NCBI GenBank assembly: GCA_041737295.1
Contig: JBGSSA010000076.1
Span: 1,031-65,030, forward strand
Length of the DNA: 64,000 nt
Reading direction: 5' to 3'
DNA from: Bacteroidales bacterium
Lineage (GTDB): Bacteria > Bacteroidota > Bacteroidia > Bacteroidales > UBA10428
How positions within the stretch are numbered: the first letter of the stretch is position 1; the number at the start of each line of letters is the position of its first letter. This document shows positions 10,010 to 20,584 of this stretch, piece after piece. The position numbers and the translations under genes are program-made. Under the pieces are notes generated by a model, which did no database searches, was not told the origin of the DNA, and saw only the letters and a list, made by a program, of their open reading frames with translations.

Positions 10010-11116
10010 TTGAAAACCCGACCCCTGACCATACTGGTTAGTCCGCTCGACTGGGGACTCGGTCATGCCTCTCGCATGATCCCATTGATCGGGCGTTTTA
10101 TTCAGGATGGACACAGGATAATCCTGGCCGGTTCCGGCCGCTCATCGGAACTTCTCAGGAAGACCTTTTCTGATCTCCGGTTTGTATCTCTTCCGGGCCA
10201 TACAATTCATATGGGATCGGGAAAACATTCCTATTTTCAATTGGTTCTCCAGTTGCCCGCTTTGATGTTTTCTGTTTTCCGTGAGCACCGGATGATCCGG
10301 AAAATTGTTCGTGATGAGGCTGTAGATATTGTAATTTCTGATAACCGCTATGGACTGCATTGCAGAAAAGCCTATTCGGTTTTCATAACACACCAGATTT
10401 CCCCCGTGCTTCCGGCCATTTTCCGGTGGCTCGAATACCCCTTGTACCTGCTCATCCGGAACCGCATAAAACGTTTTGATCAATGCTGGATACCTGATTT
10501 CCAAAATGCTGAGGTAAACTTAAGCGGCAATTTGTCGCACCGGTATGAAACCCTATCCAATACCCGTTTTATCGGAATCCTTTCGCGGTTCACCCAAACC
10601 GGTTCAGACGATGAAAACCCATCTGTACAATATGACGTGGCCGTCGTTCTCAGCGGTCCGGAACCCCAGGTGAGCTTATTTGAAAAGCAGTTATGCACCC
10701 AGTTGTCCAGGCTGGGAAAATCAGCTATTCTAATCCGGGGAATGCGAAACAGGCCTGTTGAAACCAATGGTCTCATTCGCCAGGTTACCCATCTCGATAT
10801 CAGCGCCTTCCGGCAGGTCCTTAAACAAGCCCGTATTGTGATCAGCCGGTCGGGATATTCGGGAATTATGGATTTTGTTGCCCTGGGCATTTCTGCCATC
10901 CTGGTACCTTCTCCCGGCCAATCCGAACAGGAATACCTTGCCGGATGGCTATCGGATTATGGAATGTTTACCGTTGTTCTCCAAAAGGACCTTGATCTGG
11001 CACGACTGTATGAAACCGGTTTTCTGCCGGCAAAGTCAAAAAAAATACCGATTCCCGCGAAGACGGATTTTCAATTTGTGGATGACTTATATAGAGAATA
11101 CCGCCAGAACAGTTAA
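10010..11116 (+). CDS. GT28 (MurG/MGDG-synthase-like) family glycosyltransferase
   Basis: N-terminal LDWGLGHASRMIPLI (glycine-rich GT-B N-domain loop) and C-terminal SRSGYSGIMDFVALGISAILVPSPGQSEQEYLA (GT28 C-domain). TTG start. Confidence 0.7.
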   Translation: MKTRPLTILVSPLDWGLGHASRMIPLIGRFIQDGHRIILAGSGRSSELLRKTFSDLRFVSLPGHTIHMGSGKHSYFQLVLQLPALMFSVFREHRMIRKIVRDEAVDIVISDNRYGLHCRKAYSVFITHQISPVLPAIFRWLEYPLYLLIRNRIKRFDQCWIPDFQNAEVNLSGNLSHRYETLSNTRFIGILSRFTQTGSDDENPSVQYDVAVVLSGPEPQVSLFEKQLCTQLSRLGKSAILIRGMRNRPVETNGLIRQVTHLDISAFRQVLKQARIVISRSGYSGIMDFVALGISAILVPSPGQSEQEYLAGWLSDYGMFTVVLQKDLDLARLYETGFLPAKSKKIPIPAKTDFQFVDDLYREYRQNS

Positions 11117-11692
11117 TATACCAAGCAGAAAACCGGAGTAAACCTGCAACGGAACATGCTCATTAAGGCGCAACCGTGCAAATGCAGTGATTCCGGTAAA
11201 TAAAATGGCAACAACAAGGAATATCATCATATCGCTTCCAAACCGGTAGGAAAGGATTGCGATCAGTCCAACCACTCCACCCCAGCCGACCAGGTGGGCA
11301 CTGATTTTCCAGAAATATGAAGTTGCCAGAACCAGCAATACCGAAAGACAGGCTGCGAACATGAATCGCTGGTAAACCTGGCTTACCGGGAGCTTTCGTA
11401 TGAGCAAATAGGCGGCAATATAAAAAAACAGGGTGAGATAAAGCGGAAACAATCGTTCCCTCCTTTGTGAAAATTGCATGCTGCCCGCCATCCCCGTATA
11501 ATATAGCAATGGCATCAGGGCCACAGGGATCATGAACGTGAGCAAAAATGTGGAGAGGTAAATGAAATTCGTAAAACGATGATCCAGGTCAGCGGCATAG
11601 GTGCCTGAATTACTGATCACAACGAGGCCAACCATCGGCATTAGCAATGGATGGAAAATATAGGATATTAGTGAAGCGATTCGCTTTTCCAT
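11087..11692 (-). CDS. PAP2-like (lipid phosphate phosphatase superfamily) membrane protein
   Basis: Six hydrophobic helices and degenerate PAP2 motifs: SQRRERLFP, ISAH, ARLRLNEHVPLQV. Its 3' end overlaps the convergent GT28-like gene by 30 nt. Confidence 0.55.
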   Translation of the reverse strand: MEKRIASLISYIFHPLLMPMVGLVVISNSGTYAADLDHRFTNFIYLSTFLLTFMIPVALMPLLYYTGMAGSMQFSQRRERLFPLYLTLFFYIAAYLLIRKLPVSQVYQRFMFAACLSVLLVLATSYFWKISAHLVGWGGVVGLIAILSYRFGSDMMIFLVVAILFTGITAFARLRLNEHVPLQVYSGFLLGILTVLAVFSI

Positions 11693-11707
11693 GAAATTAA
11701 CAGGTTA

Positions 11708-13174
11708 TCAAAGTTCTTTTCTCATGCGGGCAACAGGAATATTCAATTGCTCCCGGTACTTGGCAATGGTCCTGCGGGCAATATGATAACCTTTGTCGTT
11801 CAGCATCTCTGCCAGGTGATCATCCGTAAGGGGATGCCTTTTATCCTCCCCCTCCACACAATTTTGCAGGATCTTCTTGATCTCACGTGTTGAAACTTCT
11901 TCCCCGGATTCAGTCTGCATTCCTTCAGAGAAAAAATACTTCAGCGGAAATATACCGAAATTGGTTTGTATATACTTGCTGTTGGCAACCCTTGATATGG
12001 TTGAAACATCAAGTCCTGTCATATCGGCTATATCTTTCAGTATCATTGGCCTCAGCCTGGTTTCTTCACCCGTCAGAAAATACTCCTGCTGGTAGTTGAT
12101 GATTGCATTCATCGTTACCAATAGCGTGTTTTGCCTCTGCCTGATTGCATCAATAAACCACCTGGCAGAATCGAGCTTTTGCTTTACAAAGCTCAATGCC
12201 TCTTTCTGGCTTTTTGAATTATGTCCCCGGTTGAATTGATATGTCTGAAGCATGGTGGAATACGTTTTACTTACCCGTAATTCCGGCAGGTTCTTGACAT
12301 TCAATGCCAGTTCCAGGTCCCCTTCATTATTTTCGAGAATGAAATCAGGGATAATGTGACTGGCAGTTTTATTTTGAGGATCGCTATATGCCCCACCCGG
12401 TTTAGGATTCAGGCGCAGAATTTCATCGAGGGCACCTTTAAGCTGTTCATCGGTAATGTTCAGCCGGGCAATGATCTTATCATAATGCTTCCGGGTGAAT
12501 TCAGGAAAGAAATCACTCAGGATACGGTAGGCAAGTTTTATGTCGGGATCTTCCATATCCCTGGCCTGGATCTGCAGCAACAGGCACTCCTGCAGGGTGC
12601 GTGCCCCTACACCCGGAGGATCAAGGTCCTGAATGATACGCAGTATGCCGATAAGTTCAATCTCATCGGTTTTCATATTCAGCGCAAAGGCGACATCATC
12701 AACAATATTATCCAGTTTACGCCTGAGGTATCCGTCATCATCAATGTTCCCAAGCATATACAAAGCCAGTAGATGTTGCTTTTCATCCAGCTTTCTTAAT
12801 CCAAGCTGGTTTTCAAGATAATCCTGGAATGATAATCCTACCGAAAACGGGATCTCCTCCCGCTTATCGTCTTTTGAATAATTTTGGGAATTCAGTTTAT
12901 AGGACGGATAATCATCGTCTTCCATATAATCTTCCAGGGTGAATTCCTCCTTATCCGTATCTTTCGGATCCGTGGTTACATCGTCATCCTGGTTTTCGTT
13001 CTGCATGGTTTCCTCAAGCGCACCTTCCTCCAGGGCCGGATTTTCCTCAATTTCCGCTTTAATGCGTTGCTCAAGCTGCATAGAAGGAATCTCCAGCAGC
13101 TTGATCATCTGAATCTGCTGCGGGGAAAGCTTCTGAAGTAACTTTTGTTGTAATTTCTGCCTGAGCATATACAC
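11708..13174 (-). CDS. rpoN: RNA polymerase sigma-54 factor
   Basis: N-terminal LQQKLLQKLSPQQIQMIKLLE, an acidic region II, the HTH ILKDIADMTGLDVSTISRV and the RpoN box ARRTIAKYR. Confidence 0.95.
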   Translation of the reverse strand: MYMLRQKLQQKLLQKLSPQQIQMIKLLEIPSMQLEQRIKAEIEENPALEEGALEETMQNENQDDDVTTDPKDTDKEEFTLEDYMEDDDYPSYKLNSQNYSKDDKREEIPFSVGLSFQDYLENQLGLRKLDEKQHLLALYMLGNIDDDGYLRRKLDNIVDDVAFALNMKTDEIELIGILRIIQDLDPPGVGARTLQECLLLQIQARDMEDPDIKLAYRILSDFFPEFTRKHYDKIIARLNITDEQLKGALDEILRLNPKPGGAYSDPQNKTASHIIPDFILENNEGDLELALNVKNLPELRVSKTYSTMLQTYQFNRGHNSKSQKEALSFVKQKLDSARWFIDAIRQRQNTLLVTMNAIINYQQEYFLTGEETRLRPMILKDIADMTGLDVSTISRVANSKYIQTNFGIFPLKYFFSEGMQTESGEEVSTREIKKILQNCVEGEDKRHPLTDDHLAEMLNDKGYHIARRTIAKYREQLNIPVARMRKEL

Positions 13175-13189
13175 TATTTTATTGTTGGA

Positions 13190-14569
13190 CTAAAAATCCG
13201 CGTTTTTGGGAAACCTTGGAAAAGGTATTACATCCCGGATATTTCCCATGCCTGTGACAAAGAGCAATAACCGCTCAAATCCAAGTCCAAATCCACTATG
13301 CGGAACAGTTCCGAATTTTCGGGTATCCATATACCACCACATCTCTTTTTCAGGCAGTTTCAGTTCCTGCATGCGCCGTTGCAATTTGTCATAATCCTCT
13401 TCACGCTGGGAGCCCCCAATTATTTCACCAATTTTTGGAAACAACACATCCATGCCCCTTACCGTTTTTCCATCCTCATTTTGCTTCATGTAGAATGCTT
13501 TGATTGCCATCGGGTAATCGGTAACTATAACAGGCTTTTTAAAATGCCGTTCCACCAGGAACCGCTCATGTTCGGTCTGCAGATCGATTCCCCACGTAAC
13601 GGGGAACTCGAACTTTTCCCCTGAATGTTGAAGAATTTCAACTGCCCGGGTATAGCTGATCCGCTCAAAGGAATTATTAATCACAAATTCAAGTCGTCCG
13701 ATAAGTTCCTTATCATACATTTCGGAAAGGAATTTCAGATCATCCATGCAATTTTCGAGCGCATAGCGGAGCAGATATTTCAAAAAATCTTCCGCCAGGT
13801 TCATATTATCATGGATATCGAAAAAAGCAATCTCGGGTTCGATCATCCAGAATTCAGCGAGATGTCTCGGCGTATTCGAGTTTTCGGCCCGGAATGTGGG
13901 TCCGAAGGTATAAATAGCAGACAGGGCCATCGCGCCAAGTTCCCCTTCCAGCTGGCCTGAAACGGTCAGATTGGTTTGCCGTCCGAAAAAATCCTCTGAA
14001 AAATTGATGCTTCCATCCCCGAGCAACGGGGGATTTTTTGCATTGAGCGTGGTTACCCTGAACATTTCTCCGGCACCCTCAGCATCTGAACCGGTGATGA
14101 TGGGTGTATGCAGGTAAAAAAATCCATTATCATTGAAATACTTGTGAATTCCAAATGCCATGGCATGCCTGATGCGCAATACAGCGCCAAACGTGTTGGT
14201 CCTGGGCCGAAGGTGAGCTATTTCCCGAAGAAATTCAAGGGTGTGCCCCTTTTTCTGCAGCGGATATGTCTCCGGATCTGCTGTTCCAAAGAGCTTGAGA
14301 GATTCCGCGTGAATTTCCACCTGCTGCTCTTTACCGGGAGATTCCACCAGTTTGCCTTTCACCTCAAGGGATGATCCGGTTGTTACCTGCCTGATCAGAT
14401 CCTCATCAAAAGAGGTCATGTCAATTACTATCTGAATATTATGAATAGTTGATCCATCATTCAATGCTACAAAAGCTATATTTTTATTTCCACGCCTGGT
14501 TCTTACCCAACCCCTGGCTACAACCTCGTCTCCGAAATTTCTTGATTTTAATAACTCTTTTATTCTCAT
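13190..14569 (-). CDS. asnS: asparagine--tRNA ligase
   Basis: OB-fold N-domain, class II motif 2 [21 protein letters not shown] and motif 3 [27 protein letters not shown]. Confidence 0.95.
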   Translation of the reverse strand: MRIKELLKSRNFGDEVVARGWVRTRRGNKNIAFVALNDGSTIHNIQIVIDMTSFDEDLIRQVTTGSSLEVKGKLVESPGKEQQVEIHAESLKLFGTADPETYPLQKKGHTLEFLREIAHLRPRTNTFGAVLRIRHAMAFGIHKYFNDNGFFYLHTPIITGSDAEGAGEMFRVTTLNAKNPPLLGDGSINFSEDFFGRQTNLTVSGQLEGELGAMALSAIYTFGPTFRAENSNTPRHLAEFWMIEPEIAFFDIHDNMNLAEDFLKYLLRYALENCMDDLKFLSEMYDKELIGRLEFVINNSFERISYTRAVEILQHSGEKFEFPVTWGIDLQTEHERFLVERHFKKPVIVTDYPMAIKAFYMKQNEDGKTVRGMDVLFPKIGEIIGGSQREEDYDKLQRRMQELKLPEKEMWWYMDTRKFGTVPHSGFGLGFERLLLFVTGMGNIRDVIPFPRFPKNADF

Positions 14570-14596
14570 TATTCAGGTGCAATTTATATTGATTTG

Positions 14597-14604
14597 CAAA
14601 TTTA
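14597..14604 (-). promoter_or_regulatory. -7 box (TAnnTTTG) upstream of asnS
   Basis: The minus strand reads TAAATTTG, 27 nt before the asnS ATG at 14569. Confidence 0.4.
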
Positions 14605-14733
14605 GAATTTTAAGGCGATTAGCAATTCAAAACCCATAGAACAATTCAAAGTTAACACATATTCCCTTTCCTGCGCAAGTCCTTACAATCGACATTCCCG
14701 GGCAATCTGAACAATTGTTAATCACGATTTTTA

Positions 14734-14741
14734 TATATTTG
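14734..14741 (+). promoter_or_regulatory. Bacteroidota-type -7 box (TAnnTTTG) upstream of the gldA-like gene
   Basis: TATATTTG, 16 nt before the ATG at 14758. A TTG at 14715-14717 is a possible -33 element. Confidence 0.4.
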
Positions 14742-14757
14742 GTCAATTTTAATTTCT

Positions 14758-15666
14758 ATGTCAATTTCCGTTCATGAGGTTAGCAAAACATTCGGAAGTC
14801 AGCTTGTGCTCGACTCGGTAAGTTTCCATGTCAATTCGGGTGAAATTGCCGCCTTTATCGGCCCCAACGGTGCGGGAAAATCAACACTCATGAAAATTAT
14901 CTGCGGCCTGTTAAGCCCGTCCAACGGCACCATCAGGATCAAAGATATGAATATCAGCGGAAATACCCTTGAAGTTAGAAAGAAACTAGGCTATCTGCCC
15001 GAAAACAATCCACTGTATCCCGATATGTATGTGGAGGAATATCTTCAGTTTGTTGCGGGCTTATATAAATTGCCTGACAGCAGGAAACGGGTACGGGAGG
15101 TGGTGGAACAAACCGGACTTACTCCTGAAAGGAAAAAGAAGATCGGGGTACTGTCTAAGGGATACAGACAACGGGTAGGACTTGCACAGGCTATTATCCA
15201 TGACCCCGATGTATTGATCCTTGATGAACCTACAACCGGACTGGACCCAAACCAGCTTGCGGATATCCGGAATCTCATTTCGGGACTTGGAAAACAAAAG
15301 ACTGTAATGCTTTCAACCCATATCATGCAGGAGGTTGAGGCCATCTGCAAACGGGTCATCATCATCAGCAAGGGTAAAATAATGGCAAATGACCTTACCG
15401 GTAACATTGCAGGCCATATAATTGGTTCTACCCATACTATTGTGGTAGAATTCAGCAAGGAACCGGATGACAACCTGTTCAGGGAAATCAGCGTCATAGA
15501 ACTCACAAAAAAATTAAAGCCCGGAACATGGCTTTTTCAAACCAGGGGAGACACAGATATCAGGGAAGAATTATTCAGGCTTGCAGTGAAGAATGATCTG
15601 ATAATTTTATCCATGCACAGGAAAGATCGTAAACTTGAGGATGTTTTTCGTGAACTGACCTCATAA
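14758..15666 (+). CDS. gldA: ABC transporter ATP-binding protein, GldA-like (gliding motility-associated)
   Basis: Walker A GPNGAGKST, signature LSKGYRQR and Walker B VLILDEPT. The ~300 aa size and the GYLPENNPLYPDMYVEEYL segment resemble GldA. No permease gene is adjacent. Confidence 0.6.
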   Translation: MSISVHEVSKTFGSQLVLDSVSFHVNSGEIAAFIGPNGAGKSTLMKIICGLLSPSNGTIRIKDMNISGNTLEVRKKLGYLPENNPLYPDMYVEEYLQFVAGLYKLPDSRKRVREVVEQTGLTPERKKKIGVLSKGYRQRVGLAQAIIHDPDVLILDEPTTGLDPNQLADIRNLISGLGKQKTVMLSTHIMQEVEAICKRVIIISKGKIMANDLTGNIAGHIIGSTHTIVVEFSKEPDDNLFREISVIELTKKLKPGTWLFQTRGDTDIREELFRLAVKNDLIILSMHRKDRKLEDVFRELTS

Positions 15667-15722
15667 AAGAGTTTACTTATCAACTATTTCCTATCCGTTT
15701 CAGGTGGTATGATTTCTCTTTT

Positions 15723-15730
15723 TATCTTTG
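15723..15730 (+). promoter_or_regulatory. -7 box (TAnnTTTG) upstream of metK
   Basis: TATCTTTG, 31 nt before the ATG at 15762. Confidence 0.4.
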
Positions 15731-15761
15731 TGAAATTATTAATTCATAATATTATAACCAG

Positions 15762-17012
15762 ATGGCATATTTATTTACATCCGAATCGGTTTCAGAGGGA
15801 CATCCTGATAAAGTTGCAGATCAGATATCTGACGCGCTGTTAGATGAATTTTTACGCCGTGATCCCGAATCGAAGGTTGCCTGTGAAACGTTGGTAACCA
15901 CAGGACTTGTGGTGTTGAGCGGAGAAGTAAAGACCAACGCTTATGTAGATGTACAGCAGGTTGCCCGGGAAGTAATAAAAAAAATTGGATATACGAATTC
16001 AGATTATATGTTTGAAGCGGATTCATGCGGGGTGATCTCATCCATACATGAACAATCCCAGGATATAAACCGCGGTGTCGAACGCGGAAATGAAGAAGAC
16101 CAGGGTGCCGGCGACCAGGGAATGATGTTTGGTTATGCTTGCCGGGAAACGGATAATTTTATGCCTCTTTCCCTTGAACTTTCACACGAGCTTCTTCAGG
16201 AATTATCTGCGATCCGGAAGGAAGGAAAAGTAATGACATACCTTCGCCCGGACGCCAAATCACAGGTTACCGTTGAATATGGTGACGATAAACAGCCACG
16301 CCGCATTCATACAATTGTTGTTTCTACCCAGCATGACAATTTTGATGAAGAAAAAGCGATGCTCAGGAAAATTGAGGATGATGTCAGAAAAATCCTGATA
16401 CCCAGGGTTACTGCCAAACTTCCTGCCCGGGTAAAAGCATTATTTGATGATAATTTCCTTCTCTTTGTAAATCCCACGGGAAAATTTGTTATCGGCGGTC
16501 CTCATGGAGATACGGGGTTGACCGGTAGGAAGATCATTGTAGATACATATGGTGGTAAAGGGGCTCACGGAGGCGGGGCTTTTTCAGGAAAAGACAGCTC
16601 TAAGGTTGACAGATCAGCAGCTTACGCTATGAGACATATAGCAAAGAATATGGTTGCTGCAGGAATCGCCGATGAAGTACTTGTGCAGGTGGCCTATGCC
16701 ATTGGCATAGCCAAACCCGTTGGCGTTTATGTAAATACATTCGGAACCTCAAAGGTTTCTATTGAAGACGGTGAAATCGCTCAGAAAATCGAGCGGCTTT
16801 TTGATTTGCGCCCTGCTGTAATCATCAGGCGATTTGGCTTGAAGAATCCTATATTCCTGTCGACTGCCGCATACGGTCATATGGGCAGAAAATCCTTCCT
16901 TGCTGATGTCACCCTCATAAGAAATGGTTCCCCTGAAACTAAAAAAGTTGAATTCTTTGCATGGGAAAAACTCGATTATGTAGATGCCATTCGCAAAGAA
17001 TTTGGAATTTAA
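15762..17012 (+). CDS. metK: S-adenosylmethionine synthase
   Basis: [26 protein letters not shown] and [19 protein letters not shown] motifs. Confidence 0.97.
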   Translation: MAYLFTSESVSEGHPDKVADQISDALLDEFLRRDPESKVACETLVTTGLVVLSGEVKTNAYVDVQQVAREVIKKIGYTNSDYMFEADSCGVISSIHEQSQDINRGVERGNEEDQGAGDQGMMFGYACRETDNFMPLSLELSHELLQELSAIRKEGKVMTYLRPDAKSQVTVEYGDDKQPRRIHTIVVSTQHDNFDEEKAMLRKIEDDVRKILIPRVTAKLPARVKALFDDNFLLFVNPTGKFVIGGPHGDTGLTGRKIIVDTYGGKGAHGGGAFSGKDSSKVDRSAAYAMRHIAKNMVAAGIADEVLVQVAYAIGIAKPVGVYVNTFGTSKVSIEDGEIAQKIERLFDLRPAVIIRRFGLKNPIFLSTAAYGHMGRKSFLADVTLIRNGSPETKKVEFFAWEKLDYVDAIRKEFGI

Positions 17013-17062
17013 CATTGTTCGTACGTTATTTCACCTACCAAGTATAATTTAATTTTTTTCCC

Positions 17063-18358
17063 ATGGGCATTTATGACAGTCTGCTTAAAAAAGAAGCCAA
17101 ACTATCCCTTATCGGATTAGGATATGTAGGCCTTCCAATTGCTTTGGCCTTTGCCAGAAAAATATCCGTTATCGGTTTTGATATCAACGCCAAACGGGTA
17201 GAAATGATGAAACAGGGCATTGATCCCAGCGATGAACTTGAAAAAGATGCTTTTGAGAACACTTCCATTCAATTCACAGCCAACCCTGATGACCTGAGTG
17301 ACGCATGTTTTCACATTGTTGCCGTTCCCACACCCATTGACAAACACAATCTTCCTGACCTGACCCCCTTGTTGTCAGCTACCCGCATTGTGGGATCCAT
17401 CCTGAAAAAGGGAGATTATGTTGTGTATGAATCCACCGTTTACCCTGGTACTACCGATGAAGAATGCAGGACCATCCTGGAAGAATTATCCGGTCTGACC
17501 TGTGGAAAGGATTTTAAACTGGGATATTCCCCTGAAAGGATCAATCCGGGTGATAAGGAACATACAATCTCTACAATTACAAAAATTGTATCGGCCTGCG
17601 ATGATGAGTCTCTCCAGGAAATAGCAAACGTCTATAAGCTTGTTGTTCAGGCAGGGGTTTTTCTGGCTTCTTCAATAAAGGTGGCTGAGGCTGCTAAAAT
17701 TATTGAAAATACTCAGCGCGATGTCAATATTGCCCTCATGAATGAGCTATCCATGATCTTCAACAAAATGGGGATTAATACCTATGAAGTACTGGAGGCC
17801 GCAGGTACGAAATGGAATTTTCTGAAATTTTTCCCGGGACTTGTCGGGGGCCATTGTATTGGCGTTGATCCCTACTATCTTACATTCAAGGCAGCTGAAC
17901 TGGGCCACATAGCTCAGGTCATTACCTCAGGCCGTGCCGTGAATGACGGCATGGGAAAATATATTGCCACAGAGGTTGTTAAAAAAATTATCCGCGCCGG
18001 TAAAAATGTGCTTAATTCGAGGGTTTTGGTGATGGGGGCCACTTTTAAGGAAAACGTGAGTGATATCCGCAATTCCAAGGTGGCTGACGTTTTACACGAA
18101 TTGCAGTCCTACGGCGTGCTTGTTGATGTGGTGGACCCTTTTGCATCAAGCGATGAGTTCAAAAAAGAATATGGGTTTGAAATCTCCCCGGTGACCGGGA
18201 AAAATTACGATGCCGTTATTGTGGCTGTTTCCCATAACGATTATGTCGGTCTCTCCGATGATTATTTCAAATCCATTTCAGCGGATAAGGGAATCTTTAT
18301 GGACGTAAAAGGAATCTACCGGAAAAAGATTAAATCGCTCACTTACATGAGCCTTTAA
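17063..18358 (+). CDS. nucleotide-sugar (UDP-N-acetyl-hexosamine) 6-dehydrogenase, TviB/WbpA/WbpO-like
   Basis: Rossmann GLGYVGLPIALAFA, catalytic Cys region VGGHCIGVDPYYL, and the UDPG_MGDP_dh three-domain layout. Confidence 0.8.
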   Translation: MGIYDSLLKKEAKLSLIGLGYVGLPIALAFARKISVIGFDINAKRVEMMKQGIDPSDELEKDAFENTSIQFTANPDDLSDACFHIVAVPTPIDKHNLPDLTPLLSATRIVGSILKKGDYVVYESTVYPGTTDEECRTILEELSGLTCGKDFKLGYSPERINPGDKEHTISTITKIVSACDDESLQEIANVYKLVVQAGVFLASSIKVAEAAKIIENTQRDVNIALMNELSMIFNKMGINTYEVLEAAGTKWNFLKFFPGLVGGHCIGVDPYYLTFKAAELGHIAQVITSGRAVNDGMGKYIATEVVKKIIRAGKNVLNSRVLVMGATFKENVSDIRNSKVADVLHELQSYGVLVDVVDPFASSDEFKKEYGFEISPVTGKNYDAVIVAVSHNDYVGLSDDYFKSISADKGIFMDVKGIYRKKIKSLTYMSL

Positions 18359-18367
18359 AATACTTAC

Positions 18368-18395
18368 AGGCAAATAGTTATATGTTTATTTGCCT
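18368..18395 (+). terminator. hairpin after the UDP-sugar dehydrogenase gene (possible terminator or attenuator)
   Basis: AGGCAAATA-gttatatgtt-TATTTGCCT, a 9 bp stem starting 10 nt after the stop codon and followed by TCATTTAT. Confidence 0.4.
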
Positions 18396-18470
18396 TCATT
18401 TATCCCAAAAGCCATTCAAATGGCATAAAAGTCCTAATTTTAGGACAATTTTATATTGACAGTTAGCCTA

Positions 18471-19430
18471 ATGGATACACGTATAAAATTTGCCATTATT
18501 GGTGTAGGCGGTTATATTGCCGTCCGCCATTTAAAGGCAATCAAGGATACCGGAAATGTTTTACTGGCTTCTCTCGATCCCTCGGACAGTGTAGGTATCA
18601 TTGACAGCTATTTCCCCGACAGCCATTTCTTTGTTGAATTTGAACGGTTCGACCGTCATGTGGATAAATTGCGGCGGTCCGGTATCCAGGTTAACTACGT
18701 AAGCATTTGTTCGCCAAATTACCTGCACGATTCTCACATTCGGTTCGCCCTGAGATCGGGAGCCAGTGCCATTTGCGAAAAACCCCTCGTGCTGAATCCA
18801 TGGAATATTGAAGCGCTTTCGGAGATTGAAAAAGAATATAACAGGAAAATTTTTAACATCCTTCAGCTCAGGCTGCATCCTGTTCTTATTGATCTGAAAA
18901 ACAGGATAGACCTAAGCCGGCATGGTACCAAGCATGAACTCGACCTTACCTATATCACCAGCCGCGGAAACTGGTATTATACCTCATGGAAAGGTGATAT
19001 CCATAAGTCAGGCGGGATTGCCACCAACATTGGCGTACATTTTTTTGATATGCTCATCTGGATATTCGGCAAGGTGCAAAACATAGTGGTTCACCTGCTG
19101 ACACCCGACAAGGCTTCGGGATATCTTGAACTTGAAAATGCACGGGTAAGATGGTTTCTGAGCCTTGATTTCCAGGACCTGCCCGATCATGTGAAGGAAA
19201 AAGGAATGCGAACTTACCGTTCCATTGTGATGGACAAAACTGAAATTGAATTCAGCGAGGGATTCACTGACCTGCATACCAAAAGCTACCAGGAAATACT
19301 GGCAGGACGTGGTTTTGGATTGTCTGAATCACAGCAGTCTATCCAGACCGTTTACCAGATCAGGAATGCAATACCGGTAGGCCTCAGGGAGGATTCCCAT
19401 GAACTTTGCCGTAAAATATTAAAATCATGA
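18471..19430 (+). CDS. Gfo/Idh/MocA family oxidoreductase, WbpB-like
   Basis: N-terminal Rossmann [20 protein letters not shown] and EKP motif ([10 protein letters not shown]). Follows the UDP-sugar dehydrogenase, as in WbpA-WbpB pairs. The track start at 18456 is TTG. Confidence 0.7.
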   Translation: MDTRIKFAIIGVGGYIAVRHLKAIKDTGNVLLASLDPSDSVGIIDSYFPDSHFFVEFERFDRHVDKLRRSGIQVNYVSICSPNYLHDSHIRFALRSGASAICEKPLVLNPWNIEALSEIEKEYNRKIFNILQLRLHPVLIDLKNRIDLSRHGTKHELDLTYITSRGNWYYTSWKGDIHKSGGIATNIGVHFFDMLIWIFGKVQNIVVHLLTPDKASGYLELENARVRWFLSLDFQDLPDHVKEKGMRTYRSIVMDKTEIEFSEGFTDLHTKSYQEILAGRGFGLSESQQSIQTVYQIRNAIPVGLREDSHELCRKILKS

Positions 19431-19449
19431 TCCTATAATAACCACAAAA

Positions 19450-20571
19450 ATGCAAAAACAAAAAGTTGCCCTCATAACAGGAATTACCGGACAGGATGGA
19501 GCCTATCTGGCAGAGTTCTTACTTAAAAAAGGATATGTCGTTCATGGTACAAAGCGTAGAAGTTCCATGTTCAATACTGAACGCATTGATCACCTCTACC
19601 TTGATCCTCATGTTGAAAACCGGAATTTTGAACTGCATTACAGCGACTTAACCGATTCTACAAACCTGATCAGGCTCATCCAGGAAACACAGCCTGATGA
19701 AGTATACAACCTGGCCGCCATGAGTCATGTGAAGGTCAGCTTCGACACGCCCGAATATACTGCAAACGCGGATGGCATTGGTACGTTGAGGATCCTTGAA
19801 GCAATTCGTATCCTGAATCTTACTGAAAAGACCAAGTTCTACCAGGCCTCAACAAGTGAATTATATGGTCTGGTCCAGGAAATCCCGCAATCGGAAAAAA
19901 CTCCGTTTTACCCAAGGAGCCCTTATGCTGTGGCTAAGTTGTATGGTTACTGGATCACGGTGAACTACAGGGAGGCTTATAATATGTTTGCCTGCAATGG
20001 CATTCTGTTTAATCATGAATCCCCCATCCGCGGGGAAACATTTGTAACCCGAAAGATAACAAGGGCTGTATCCCGCATTGCCCTGGGATTACAGGACAAA
20101 TTATATCTCGGAAACCTTTCCTCCAAACGCGACTGGGGCCACGCAAAGGATTATATCCGGGCTATGTATCTGATTCTTCAGCAGGACCAGCCGGAAGATT
20201 TTGTAATCGCTACCGGAATAACAACTGAAATCAGGGAATTTGTCAGGATGGCATTTGAAGAGGTAGGAATTGAGCTTACCTTTACCGGATCAGGCATTGA
20301 TGAAAAGGCTTATGTAAAGAAATGCCATGATGCAAGGTACCAGGTCGGGGAGGGTAAAGAAGTCCTGGCAATCGATGCAAGATACTTCCGTCCTACAGAG
20401 GTTGAATTGCTTATCGGTGATCCAACGAAGGCAAAGACCAAATTAAACTGGATACCTGAATATGACCTTAAGGCACTTGTAAAAGATATGATGGAAGGTG
20501 ATATCAAACTCATGCATAAAGAAGTATACCTCAAAAAAGGCGGATATCAGACATTGAACTATTTTGAATAA
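19450..20571 (+). CDS. gmd: GDP-mannose 4,6-dehydratase
   Basis: [19 protein letters not shown], catalytic [10 protein letters not shown], and [17 protein letters not shown]. Confidence 0.95.
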   Translation: MQKQKVALITGITGQDGAYLAEFLLKKGYVVHGTKRRSSMFNTERIDHLYLDPHVENRNFELHYSDLTDSTNLIRLIQETQPDEVYNLAAMSHVKVSFDTPEYTANADGIGTLRILEAIRILNLTEKTKFYQASTSELYGLVQEIPQSEKTPFYPRSPYAVAKLYGYWITVNYREAYNMFACNGILFNHESPIRGETFVTRKITRAVSRIALGLQDKLYLGNLSSKRDWGHAKDYIRAMYLILQQDQPEDFVIATGITTEIREFVRMAFEEVGIELTFTGSGIDEKAYVKKCHDARYQVGEGKEVLAIDARYFRPTEVELLIGDPTKAKTKLNWIPEYDLKALVKDMMEGDIKLMHKEVYLKKGGYQTLNYFE

Positions 20572-20584
20572 TTAATGAAACAAA

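Noticed and set aside
15667-15761. Possible SAM riboswitch upstream of metK
   Set aside because: The spacer is only 95 nt, AT-rich, and lacks the conserved SAM-I core helices and kink-turn sequences I know. A plain TAnnTTTG promoter box explains it.
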